Positions 19,991-29,081 of a stretch of DNA of 45,257 nucleotides are shown one piece after another (positions within the stretch are counted from its first letter, which is position 1; every line of letters starts with the position of its first letter). The stretch comes from an uncultured Gammaproteobacteria bacterium. GTDB lineage: Bacteria > Pseudomonadota > Gammaproteobacteria > SZUA-229. The notes under the pieces were generated by a model, which saw only the letters and a program-made list of their open reading frames with translations, searched no databases and was not told where the DNA came from. The stretch lies in contig CAWBXM010000006.1 of NCBI GenBank assembly GCA_963792545.1, forward strand, positions 1 to 45,257. The letters are read 5' to 3'. The translations under genes and the position numbers were made by a program.

Positions 19991-20308
19991 GGTGAATCTC
20001 CTTACTGATGGTTCATTTTTAATTTAAGAATATTAGAATATCCTTGTTGGATATAACTCGCTATCAGGTGTTCCCCTAAATTTTTCATTGCCTGTTGTTT
20101 ATAGATGATTTTTGCGATAGCCTGAGTTTTGCTTATGAAGGTTGATACTAAATGTTTAAGGAAGGCGGAATTCAAGGTTGGGGATTAACGTACGGGTTAA
20201 TAGATAATCGGTAGATCGTAATAATATCTTAATAATAGTCAATCACACTGACGTGGTTTTGAAAGTTATTGCTGATTTTTATGTATATAAACTAAAAGGG
20301 AAAATTCG

Positions 20309-20336
20309 TTGACTCCCAATAAAAGGGGTATATAAT
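20309..20336 (+). promoter_or_regulatory. Near-consensus sigma70 promoter for the cold-shock gene, implying a long 5' UTR
   Basis: TTGACT-N16-TATAAT, about 180 nt upstream of ATG 20520; long leaders are typical of cspA-family mRNAs. Confidence 0.65.
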
Positions 20337-20519
20337 TCACCCTGATTGAAAGTACGTTTTAATATTTATGCACAAAAGATGTTATGCACCTAATTATTGT
20401 AATTAGACATTTCGTCCTGTTTTACATAAGTAATAGCAATACTTCCAGCACTAACTGTCCGCTACAAAATAATTTTGTATAAGGGCTTAATTACTCTTGA
20501 AATAAAATAGGTTAAGAAT

Positions 20520-20726
20520 ATGTCTACTACTACAGGAACTGTTAAATGGTTCAATGAATCTAAAGGTTTTGGTTTTATCGAGCAAGAATCTGGTCCAGAT
20601 GTTTTTGCACACTTTAGTGCTATCACTGGTTCAGGTTTTAAAACTCTGACTGAAGGTCAGAAAGTTGAATTTACTGTGACAGAAGGCCAGAAAGGTCCTC
20701 AAGCAGAAAACATCGTAGCGCTTTAA
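20520..20726 (+). CDS. cspA: Cold-shock protein (CspA family)
   Basis: GTVKWFN, KGFGFI (RNP1) and VFAHFS (RNP2); paralog identity is uncertain. Confidence 0.95.
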   Translation: MSTTTGTVKWFNESKGFGFIEQESGPDVFAHFSAITGSGFKTLTEGQKVEFTVTEGQKGPQAENIVAL

Positions 20727-20768
20727 TTTCAGCATACGATACGACCTGCAGATTATTGCAGGTCATAG

Positions 20769-20797
20769 AAAGGCAAGGCTTCGGCCTTGCCTTTTTT
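20769..20797 (+). terminator. Intrinsic terminator with UUCG tetraloop
   Basis: AAAGGCAAGGC-TTCG-GCCTTGCC-TTTTTT; a second hairpin lies just upstream at 20743-20764. Confidence 0.9.
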
Positions 20798-20866
20798 ATT
20801 GGTTGTCGTTGTTGTCTGAGCAGGTTTGTTGTATCAACTTCGCGGTTTACAAACCGCGAAAAACAG

Positions 20867-21541
20867 CTAAATATCCGACCACATTCTTAATAAATTGACG
20901 TAGCTATTACTCAACAGTTCCAGCTCAGTCGATTCGGGTAATGTTTTCATCAGGGCTTCGCGTGCCTGACTAAGGTTATACAATATCTCGCGTTTTGCGG
21001 GGTCGCGCACGGTGCTCTGTAACCAGGTAACCGCGACCAGGCGTTCACCTCGAGTAACTTCTGCAACACGGTGTGTGCTCGATGAAGGGTAGAGCACTGC
21101 GTCACCTGCGTTAAGCTTGACCTTCTGTTCACCAAAAGCCGTGTTGATCACGAGTTCACCACCATCATAAGCATCCGGCTCATTCAGGAAAATAGTAATC
21201 GATATATCAGAACGATAACGCTGGTTTGCCGGACCCATAACCGGATCATCTACATGGTTACCATAAGACATGCCCTCGCTATACTTTGCATAGTAGGGCG
21301 CAGCAATTTTTGCAGCAAATGCAGTGGCAATATATCTTGGATTTCGTATCAGTTTGCCCATTACCAGGTTATTAAGACGTTGGGTTTCAACTTCTGAAAT
21401 AAACATCTCATGGTTATTTTTAACGCGTCTGGCTTCACTGCCGGCGGAGGCGGTGCCTTCATGAAAATTGGCGGTCGCCATCAGGTCCAGAATAACACTG
21501 ATGTCTTCTTTGTTTAGTACGTCAGGGATAGTGACTAGCAT
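20867..21541 (-). CDS. PKHD-type Fe(II)/2OG hydroxylase (PiuC/YbiX family)
   Basis: YGNHVD, RSDISITIFL, YDGGEL, YPSSSTHRV, RGER and YVNLLRMW. Confidence 0.92.
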   Translation of the reverse strand: MLVTIPDVLNKEDISVILDLMATANFHEGTASAGSEARRVKNNHEMFISEVETQRLNNLVMGKLIRNPRYIATAFAAKIAAPYYAKYSEGMSYGNHVDDPVMGPANQRYRSDISITIFLNEPDAYDGGELVINTAFGEQKVKLNAGDAVLYPSSSTHRVAEVTRGERLVAVTWLQSTVRDPAKREILYNLSQAREALMKTLPESTELELLSNSYVNLLRMWSDI

Positions 21542-21616
21542 GCTTATATGCCTTAAGTTGAAGTATAATTGGTGGCAAATTTTAACAGAGTACGAACATT
21601 AAAGAGAGATAGATAC

Positions 21617-21976
21617 ATGAAATTAAATATTATCGTAGATGGTCGTACCAATACCTTTGATATACCTGATAGCCTGTTAATGGAAGCCAGTGATTTTTTT
21701 GACAAGTTAAATGCTGATATGGATAAAGGCTGGCAGATGAGCCGTGACTGGGTTGAAAAACCTGATGCCGAGCAACGCTGCCAGATAGCCGCCGACAAGA
21801 TTCTAACGGCTATCGAAACGGATAACGAAAAAATGTTGATGCTGATGTCGGCCTACATCCTTCGTACCATGCCCGGTGTGAAAACCATCAATATCGACAT
21901 TACTGGTGACATGAACGAGACCGACATTATCATGGAACATGAGTCTGTTAGACCGCTGGGACCAATATTTAACTAA
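21617..21976 (+). CDS. Hypothetical protein
   Basis: Protein-like ORF (FFDKLNADMDKGWQMSRDWV); ATG 21617 preferred over 21569; no domain recognised. Confidence 0.75.
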   Translation: MKLNIIVDGRTNTFDIPDSLLMEASDFFDKLNADMDKGWQMSRDWVEKPDAEQRCQIAADKILTAIETDNEKMLMLMSAYILRTMPGVKTINIDITGDMNETDIIMEHESVRPLGPIFN

Positions 21977-22178
21977 GTGTTTGTCTCACATGATTCCGCT
22001 ATGGTTCTAGCGGTGCCAGTAACACACCTGCTAATAACCCTGTCTATTAAGGGTTTATTTTACCGTCTGGATGCTTATTCTTAATCGTATTCAATCAAAT
22101 CGTTGATACAAACCGCAGGATGACGGTTTGGCTGTACCGTACCTGTCGTGCGGTGAGTGACATTGGGAGGTGAGCGTC

Positions 22179-22685
22179 ATGTTAAGAAGATTATTCTTTT
22201 TATTTCCAGATGAAGCGCATACGCAGTGTGTTGTTGATCAGTTGCTTGATCTAAAGATTGACCAGCAACAGATTCATACAATGGCTAAGGGTGGTATAAA
22301 GCTTCGAACATTGCCTAAAGCGACAATCAGGCAAAAAGCTGACACGGCTTATCGCATCGAATGGTTTTTATGGCGCGCTAATTTAGTTTTATTTTTGTTA
22401 GCATTTTTGATGCTTTGCTTCATGCTTTTACGTGCAGAGTGGATTTGGGCTATGGTTGCACTAAGCATCATGATAACGACATTTTTTGCCGGTGCTTCAT
22501 TTGCCATCAATGTGCCGGATGTGCATCTCACTGAATTTACTGACGCACTCTCACACGGTGAAATTTTGCTGATGGTGGATGTGCCGGTTAACCGAGTTGC
22601 TGAGATAGAAGCGACTGTACATCGTCAACATCCAGAAGCAACGCCCGGTGGCGTCAGCTGGACTGTCGATGCCTTCGGCATTTAG
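22179..22685 (+). CDS. Two-TM membrane protein (DUF1269-like)
   Basis: RRLFFLFPD N-terminus, hydrophobic hairpin, GEILLMVDVP; GGGAGG RBS. Confidence 0.75.
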   Translation: MLRRLFFLFPDEAHTQCVVDQLLDLKIDQQQIHTMAKGGIKLRTLPKATIRQKADTAYRIEWFLWRANLVLFLLAFLMLCFMLLRAEWIWAMVALSIMITTFFAGASFAINVPDVHLTEFTDALSHGEILLMVDVPVNRVAEIEATVHRQHPEATPGGVSWTVDAFGI

Positions 22686-22737
22686 TGTAATAGAAAAAGA
22701 CGGACATTATTGTTCAATCACAAAAAGCAAAAATGTC

Positions 22738-22776
22738 GTCTGCGACTAAAACGTCTGGAGCATTTTAGTCGCAGAC
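22738..22776. other. 14-bp perfect inverted repeat between convergent genes
   Basis: GTCTGCGACTAAAA-N11-TTTTAGTCGCAGAC. Confidence 0.7.
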
Positions 22777-22816
22777 TATCGCTTATAAAATTTTTTGACA
22801 GTACAAAAAGGGTCTG

Positions 22817-24775
22817 TTAAAAAATTAAATTCATCACCGTCATGGAAACGATCAGGAACAGGATTGTCATTATGCCACCAGCCTTCATAAAGTCAGGCAC
22901 GCGGTAACCACCCGGTCCCATAATCAAAGCGTTAACCTGATGCGTTGGGATAAGGAAGGAGTTGGATGTTGCGATCGCAACGGTTAAAGCAAATATGGCT
23001 GGGTCGGCACCGTCAACCCCTAGCGCAATATTAACTGCCAGCGGCACTAATAATACGGTGGCGCCAACATTGGACATTACTAGCGTAAAGAATGTCGCCA
23101 GTACTGCAACAGCCGCCTGAATCACCCATATCGGCATATCACCGACGACCACCAGGGTTTGCTCGGCAATCCAGAATGCCGTGCCTGATGTTTCTACCGC
23201 AAGCCCTAATGGAATCAAACTGGCGAGCAAAAATACGGTTTTCCATGATACTGCATCGTAGGCTTCGTCAATGTTGAGTACGCCAGAAAGAATCATGCCG
23301 ACAGCGCCTGTCAGCAGGGCAACAGATAAACGCAGATCGGTGAATAGCACCATCGATAAAGCGATAGCAAAAAATAGACCAGCCCAGCCGACTTTATTCG
23401 GTCGGGTTTCTTCATGTGGAAACTCCGTGGTGACGACCACAAAGTTTTTGTCTTTTTGTAATCTCGCCAATGCGTCCCAGCTGGTATGAACCACCAATGT
23501 GTCGCCAGCTTGTAATGGCATGTTTCTGATATCATCGCCTTCACGTAGCGTTTCGCCATTTCGATGCAGAGCCACCATAGCGATGCCATAGGTTTTTCGC
23601 ATCCACAGATCACGAGCCGATTTGCCTTTTAGAGCAGAACTGGGCGGGATAACGACGTCGGCAATTCCTGATTTTGCATTCGACAGGGCATCTTTAAATG
23701 TCTCCAGTTCACTGTGCATTTCCAGGTTATGTTTATCAACAAAGGCCAGCAGATTTTTAGGGGCGGCAAGAATGCCTAATACGCTGTTGGCCTGTATGCC
23801 TGAATCACGGGCCAGACCGCCTGGGCCAACGCGCTGGTCATCGCTTCCGGTATGCACGGCAATTATGCGGATGCGTTCATCATGTTCGACATCATCGAGC
23901 ATTTTTCCAACCAGGTTGCTGTCGGCTGGTACTTCAACTTCGAATAGTTCGTAGTCAAGATTATAGATGTCTTTAAAATAATCCACGGTACTGGAAGGCT
24001 TAGAACCGTCACTGGAAGATTTCGGTAAAACGAAACGCCCCATTAAGACGAAGTACAGGATCCCGGTAACCACCAGTGAGACACCGATAGGTGTGACAGA
24101 AAACAGTGACCACTGCGCCATCTGTTTATCCGCAGCTAACGTCACGTTTGAAGTATTGATGAGATCATTTAGCAGGATGAGGGGTGATGAGCCTACCATA
24201 GTCACCGTGCCGCCCAGGATCGCGCAAAAACCCATGGGCATGAGCAGGCGCGACATCGGTATGCCAGAGCGTGCAGAGATACGACCGACAACGGGCAGGA
24301 ACAGTGCAGTAGCGCCAACGTTTTGCATGAATGAAGAAATGAATGCGACGGTGCCGGAAATAATCGGGATGATCCGCGTCTCCGTGGTGCCGCCGACCTG
24401 TAATATAAATCCGGCTACTTTTGTCATCAGGCCGGTTTTATCGAGTCCGGCACCGATGATCATTACCGCAATGATAGACATCACCGCATTACTGGAAAAA
24501 CCGTTAAAGATATTCTGAGTATCAACCAGGCCTTTTGTCAGGCCCATATAGGGAGCGAACAGGGTGGTCAAACCAAGGATGACCATGATGCTGATGGCAG
24601 CAACATCGACATCTACAACCTCGAAAGCAAACAGATAGATTGTGAGTACCAGTACCGCTGTCACCCAGGCCACTTCGATAGAGGGTGTGACGGTAGATAG
24701 CGCTATAGCGATGATTAAGAATATAAGGCCTGCAACAATTTTTTTAACAGGTAGTGTGCTTTTATCATCGGTCAT
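22817..24775 (-). CDS. SLC13/CitMHS-like anion permease with internal TrkA-C (RCK_C) domains
   Basis: SSFMQNVGA, GGTVTMVGSSPLI and VMSNVGA helical-hairpin motifs; two soluble TrkA-C repeats; PTHQVNALIMGPGGY. Confidence 0.9.
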   Translation of the reverse strand: MTDDKSTLPVKKIVAGLIFLIIAIALSTVTPSIEVAWVTAVLVLTIYLFAFEVVDVDVAAISIMVILGLTTLFAPYMGLTKGLVDTQNIFNGFSSNAVMSIIAVMIIGAGLDKTGLMTKVAGFILQVGGTTETRIIPIISGTVAFISSFMQNVGATALFLPVVGRISARSGIPMSRLLMPMGFCAILGGTVTMVGSSPLILLNDLINTSNVTLAADKQMAQWSLFSVTPIGVSLVVTGILYFVLMGRFVLPKSSSDGSKPSSTVDYFKDIYNLDYELFEVEVPADSNLVGKMLDDVEHDERIRIIAVHTGSDDQRVGPGGLARDSGIQANSVLGILAAPKNLLAFVDKHNLEMHSELETFKDALSNAKSGIADVVIPPSSALKGKSARDLWMRKTYGIAMVALHRNGETLREGDDIRNMPLQAGDTLVVHTSWDALARLQKDKNFVVVTTEFPHEETRPNKVGWAGLFFAIALSMVLFTDLRLSVALLTGAVGMILSGVLNIDEAYDAVSWKTVFLLASLIPLGLAVETSGTAFWIAEQTLVVVGDMPIWVIQAAVAVLATFFTLVMSNVGATVLLVPLAVNIALGVDGADPAIFALTVAIATSNSFLIPTHQVNALIMGPGGYRVPDFMKAGGIMTILFLIVSMTVMNLIF

Positions 24776-24968
24776 TGGTTAGCCTAATCCTTGTTATCGT
24801 TGTATGATTTTAGTGTAGTTGTAATGCCAGTTTTTTTGAATTGATAGGACATCAGGTTCAAGACGGCGTAAAAGTAGGGTGCAAATTTTATAGAGTATCG
24901 TGTTTTTTGTCGAGTAGAATCGAGTTTAAGAGTTATAAAAACAGAGCTTTAAAGGATTTTATGTGTAT

Positions 24969-25445
24969 TTACAGTGTTTTTTCCATCCGATAATGCTGTA
25001 TTTCACCAAATAACAGGTAACTTCTATCTTTTATTTTATAACCAAGCTTTTCATAAAAGCCAACGACAGGTTCCCTGGCATCTAGTATGATTTTTTTAGC
25101 AGATGATGAAGTTCGTGTATGTTGTTCCATGGCATGCATCAGTGCACTACCGACGCCCTGGCGTTCGATTTTTTCGCTAACGGCCATGTAACGTATCTGA
25201 AATTCAGCGGCTGTGTTGTTTTGCAGGCGTGCAACACCGATGACATTCTTTTCTTCATCAACGGCCATGATATGGAAACAAGCTGTTTCCATATTATCCA
25301 TCTCCGAACCTCGTGGTTGCTTCCAGGGTGCGCGCAATACTCGCCAGCGAAGATTAAAATAATGTTCGAATTCTTCCTCGGTGGATGGTTGTTTTATGTG
25401 GAAGGACACGATGTAGATTTTTCTTTCAGATATAAAATCAGGCAA
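24969..25445 (-). CDS. GNAT acetyltransferase (YiiD N-terminal-like)
   Basis: LRWRVLRAPW, QIRYMAV, RQGVG and FYEKLGY. True start may be GTG 25409. Confidence 0.88.
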   Translation of the reverse strand: MPDFISERKIYIVSFHIKQPSTEEEFEHYFNLRWRVLRAPWKQPRGSEMDNMETACFHIMAVDEEKNVIGVARLQNNTAAEFQIRYMAVSEKIERQGVGSALMHAMEQHTRTSSSAKKIILDAREPVVGFYEKLGYKIKDRSYLLFGEIQHYRMEKTL

Positions 25446-26058
25446 ATACTACCCATGTCGTGGCAATATATTTCACCCCTTTTTGCAGAGTAACGCCGCG
25501 GTGTTCATGGGTCCAGAAAGGTGGAAATAAACATAGTTTACCTGCCTCCGGTTTGACTTTGACTTGCTGGTAAGAGAATTCAGTCTCACCACCGGGGCCA
25601 GCAACATCATTCAAATACCATACTGCGACCAGTACGCGCTGGCTAAATTCATGGCTGCCACCGTCGATGTGCCAGTGATAAAATTCACCGGGATTGGTAC
25701 GTTGTATCGCATAGCCGTTGTCTTTGAACGGGCCTCTGAAAAAAGGGTAGCTGTCGCGAAACTCATATATAGCAGTGCCCAGTGAGCGGAAAAGTTCTGC
25801 GTCTAAATCTTTCCAGTTTTCTTTGCCGCTGGTGGCCAGGTCAGTCGAACGTTTGATGCTCTGATCTTCATCGGCGAGTTGACCGATACGTCCCTGGTAC
25901 TGGTTTTCAGTGTCTTCTTCAAAGCGGCGAACCATTTCCTGGCAGATGTCCAGAGGCAAGGCGTTGGCTTTTTCGAAGATGAAGGTGTTGGGTTTTACTT
26001 CGATGATTGTTTTCTGTTTCATGTTATTTGATATTGATTCGTCTGCGGTTGTTATCAT
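25438..26058 (-). CDS. 2OG-Fe(II) oxygenase (prolyl-hydroxylase-like)
   Basis: WHID, WYLND, GGETEF, FPPFWTHEHRG and KYIATTW. Confidence 0.9.
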   Translation of the reverse strand: MITTADESISNNMKQKTIIEVKPNTFIFEKANALPLDICQEMVRRFEEDTENQYQGRIGQLADEDQSIKRSTDLATSGKENWKDLDAELFRSLGTAIYEFRDSYPFFRGPFKDNGYAIQRTNPGEFYHWHIDGGSHEFSQRVLVAVWYLNDVAGPGGETEFSYQQVKVKPEAGKLCLFPPFWTHEHRGVTLQKGVKYIATTWVVFA

Positions 26059-26088
26059 AGGCGTATTTTGCCTGCGCTGGCAAAACGT

Positions 26089-27123
26089 CTAGATATGGTT
26101 ATTGTTAACTAATATTTCAATTTTAACACTGCATAGTTTCGCATCCTGTTGATGTAAAGCAAGCATCTGTTCGGAAATGTTTTTCCAGTGATCCAGTGCA
26201 GTCGTTACTGTTTGTTCGATAGTTTTTATATCTTTATTCTCACACCATTTGTTATAGGCATCCATTAACGAAGGGAAGATGTGTTTTCGCATGTTGGTTA
26301 AATTGGCAATATAAAAATGGATCGAAGCCTGATTGTTATTTTTAATCAGTGTTGGCAGTGTGTGCAGGGTATCAGCGTAATGGTCACGTACAGCGCGGGC
26401 CATTATTTCAGCCTGGGTGAAAGTGATATCACTCATCATATCGTGCCAGCCAACAAGTTTTTCGCCGACCTGTATCTCACCAATTTCATGCAGGATGGCG
26501 GCATCGAGTTCGTTGTCTGTCATGCTGTGTAGTGCTGATTCAAGGTCGTTGTCGAAGTCGTAGCAGCGGATAGCTTTTGCCATAGCGTTTTCAGGTTTGT
26601 TCCAGCGCCACTCGTCGGTGCGCTCCCAGAGTAATCGTTTAAACGATTCACGGCGAATGAAAATAGTTTTGTTCTGACTCATCGCAGGTGGTGATGTCAG
26701 GTCTCGAGCATGCTCTTTACCGCTGATGTATATCGAGTAGCCATTGAATGTTCTGTGACTTTCTAGTTCAGCTAAAAAGAAATGTGGTTTATCTTTAACG
26801 CCATAACCACCGCTATACACCAGGTTCTCAGCGGCAATAGATCGATTGATGCTGGCTGAATCAAACGGATCAAAATGTTTGTTGTCTAGTGTTAATAGCT
26901 GGTAATCATCATCTTCTATTTCTTGCCAGAGCATCTCGCGCTTGCTCAACCAGTCGCCGACCGCTTCTCTGGAAATTTTATCGCTAAATTTGTGCTGGCT
27001 TTCCCATCGGTAAAACTCACGCATCTTTAATAAGTACACGCAGAGGGTGTAATTGCCCGCATGCCTGGCGTCGGATATATGGCAGTTCAGCTGAACGCTA
27101 TCTTTGAGTTGTTGTATATCCAT
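26089..27123 (-). CDS. Sfum_1244-like conserved protein (HExxE motif)
   Basis: N-terminal NCHISDARHAG...LCVYLLKMREFYRWE recalled as this family; LHEIGE. Confidence 0.7.
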   Translation of the reverse strand: MDIQQLKDSVQLNCHISDARHAGNYTLCVYLLKMREFYRWESQHKFSDKISREAVGDWLSKREMLWQEIEDDDYQLLTLDNKHFDPFDSASINRSIAAENLVYSGGYGVKDKPHFFLAELESHRTFNGYSIYISGKEHARDLTSPPAMSQNKTIFIRRESFKRLLWERTDEWRWNKPENAMAKAIRCYDFDNDLESALHSMTDNELDAAILHEIGEIQVGEKLVGWHDMMSDITFTQAEIMARAVRDHYADTLHTLPTLIKNNNQASIHFYIANLTNMRKHIFPSLMDAYNKWCENKDIKTIEQTVTTALDHWKNISEQMLALHQQDAKLCSVKIEILVNNNHI

Positions 27124-27186
27124 TCTGGGAACATAGTTAATCGATAAGCCTATACAGTATACTATTCAACACTTTAATATGCTTTA

Positions 27187-27500
27187 GGGCGCCTCTATTA
27201 ATTGCTTATGTCCTCTGCGTGACCTGAAGCGTGTAGCTGAAAGGCGTGAGCCGCAGCAGAATGGTTGTTCCATTCTCAAGGTTCGCAACGCATATGTCCA
27301 TGGAAGGACTGTAGTAGGGCAATGCAGGAGCAATTGCCGAGCAGATGCATGCTTCAGGCCGCGCCCTACGGGGCTTTACGACCAGCCCAGACTCTGCGTT
27401 GCGTTTTTTTGACAGGCAATAAGAGCATGGCTTCAAAAGCACGCCTTGATTCTGAGCTGCTCGTAAAGCCAGAGGGCACAAGCAATTAATAGAGGCGCCC
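27187..27500. mobile_element. 314-bp MITE with 31-bp terminal inverted repeats and TTA target-site duplication
   Basis: Left GGGCGCCTCTATTAATTGCTTATGTCCTCTG; right end reverse-complemented GGGCGCCTCTATTAATTGCTTGTGCCCTCTG (first 21 bp perfect). TTA at 27184-27186 and 27501-27503. No transposase. Confidence 0.88.
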
Positions 27501-27525
27501 TTAAGTTAGCTGATCGAGATTAGTC

Positions 27526-28086
27526 ATGAAAATTCGCGTTAAAAACAAATGGAATGATAAGACGAAAGAGCGCACACCAGAAGAAACCGGCAGTGTTCTT
27601 AGTTTCAACTTCTGGAAGATTGCTAGCGCCAATGTTATGCACATGGAAAACGAGGGTTTTCAAACCGACACGCACTTTCAGCGCCTGGATGTGATCGCAG
27701 AATTTACCGCCTTCCTGGTGCATGTTGTCGATCGGGTCATCTCATCTAAAGATTATACTGCTGAAGCACGGCAGGCACTGATTACCGCATTGGCACTGAA
27801 CCTGGCAAAAACCATGCATGATAATCGTCGCGATATCTCAGGCGACAAAGAAACTGACTTTAGAAATGATTACATCGCGTTAATGAATGAACGTATGAGC
27901 GAGTACAGCAACTTTACTTTTGAAGAAGATAATCAGCCGGGTTTCCAGGTCCGCCGCTGTGTCGGTGAGCATGTGCGTGATGTGATGGGCGAGAAGGATA
28001 ATAAATGGGTTCCCGATCAGGTCATCGATATCGAAATACCCGATGCGATGAAAGCGTACAAGCGCGTTACGCGTGGTGTGCTTTAG
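27526..28086 (+). CDS. Hypothetical protein
   Basis: 186-aa helical ORF with normal coding character; no domain recognised. Confidence 0.8.
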   Translation: MKIRVKNKWNDKTKERTPEETGSVLSFNFWKIASANVMHMENEGFQTDTHFQRLDVIAEFTAFLVHVVDRVISSKDYTAEARQALITALALNLAKTMHDNRRDISGDKETDFRNDYIALMNERMSEYSNFTFEEDNQPGFQVRRCVGEHVRDVMGEKDNKWVPDQVIDIEIPDAMKAYKRVTRGVL

Positions 28087-28190
28087 GTAGTTTGTCTAGC
28101 TATGGTTCAGCATAGTCACGACTCCTACAGTTGTGGTTGAATGGGTGAAGCCAGCCTAAAATGCCTGTTCCAAAACAATGTCAAAAACAT

Positions 28191-28338
28191 TTCACCACAG
28201 AGGCACAGAGGCACAGAGGACACAGAGGACACAGAGGACACAGAGGACACAGAGGACACAGAGGCCAGAAAGCTTCCTATTGTTAACAGCGCCATAGGCG
28301 CGGTTAACAACGTAAAACTCTTTGTCCTCTGTGGTAAA
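28191..28338. repeat. Tandem-repeat-armed inverted repeat, (CACAGAGG[A])x8 left arm
   Basis: Eight 8-9-bp units at 28196-28264; short right arm CTCTTTGTCCTCTGTGGTAAA (28318-28338); internal palindrome at 28280-28310. Confidence 0.85.
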
Positions 28339-28362
28339 TCGCTTTTGAATTTCATCAAGCAT

Positions 28363-28412
28363 AAAAAAAACCGGTGAAATCCATGCTTTTAACAGGACTT
28401 CACCGGTTTTTT
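28363..28412. terminator. Bidirectional intrinsic terminator between convergent genes
   Basis: A8-CCGGTGAA...TTCACCGG-T6. Confidence 0.8.
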
Positions 28413-28433
28413 GTTGGACTAAGTAACTAGTAC

Positions 28434-28628
28434 TTATTTAGCCCATTTGCTGAAGTTATCAGCATTTTTTTCTTTACCGTCTTCGTAACCTGCTTCATAA
28501 GCCTCGGTAACACGCTGCTCTTCGCGTGGTGGGTTTAAAACATAACCACCTTCCCATCCAAGGATGTACTCTGGATCAACACCAGCTTCTTCCATTTTGG
28601 TTACTGCATTGTAATAATCTTGATTCAT
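28434..28628 (-). CDS. Alvin_2107-like small sulfur-oxidation-associated protein
   Basis: YILGWEGGYVLNPPREEQRVTEAYEAGYEDG recalled as this family; GAGGAG RBS. Confidence 0.75.
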   Translation of the reverse strand: MNQDYYNAVTKMEEAGVDPEYILGWEGGYVLNPPREEQRVTEAYEAGYEDGKEKNADNFSKWAK

Positions 28629-29081
28629 CTTAGTCTCCTCGTAGGGTTTCTTGACATAATATTTACGTATCGTTGAAACCGTATTGGCAACAACCTTGAA
28701 ATTTTAACGGCGCAATCGCATCAATCTTGCAACCGTATATTGGGCGCAAATTATACATAGTGTGAGCGGATTATGGAATGCGTAAAGTCTATCCCATTAG
28801 AGGGAGTAGTGTTATAAAGTGAGGTGATATCAGGCTGACAGGGTTGATTTTACCTTGACAGCAGGTTCAGCAGTGATGGTTTGCTGTTTGTTATGGCAGT
28901 AGAACAGATGAGGATGTTATTTTTACTGCTTATCCCTTGAATTTATTAATTTTTTTATAATGGTCATGAAATATAGCCTTATCATTATTCTGGTTGAATT
29001 GGCACAGTTTATAGATAATTATCGGTATATGACCTGAGAACAGGCGTGATAAACTGTTCTTTTTTGCGTACGGGCAGGACA

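Noticed and set aside
20839-20860. Hairpin TTCGCGGTTT-AC-AAACCGCGAA as terminator for the PiuC/YbiX-like gene
   Set aside because: The U tract lies on the wrong side of the stem for minus-strand termination; the bidirectional-looking terminator at 20769-20797 can serve.
27206-27489. ORFs inside the MITE as a transposase remnant
   Set aside because: No DDE or HTH features; short and embedded in palindromic sequence.
28196-28264. Possible CRISPR array to pair with the Cas6-like gene
   Set aside because: Units are contiguous 8-9-mers with no spacers; no 25-45-bp repeat-spacer pattern was seen anywhere in the window.
28125-28377. ORFs encoding TED and SSV repeats on both strands
   Set aside because: Translation products of the 9-bp tandem repeat, with no clear RBS; the plus-strand ORF runs into a terminator.
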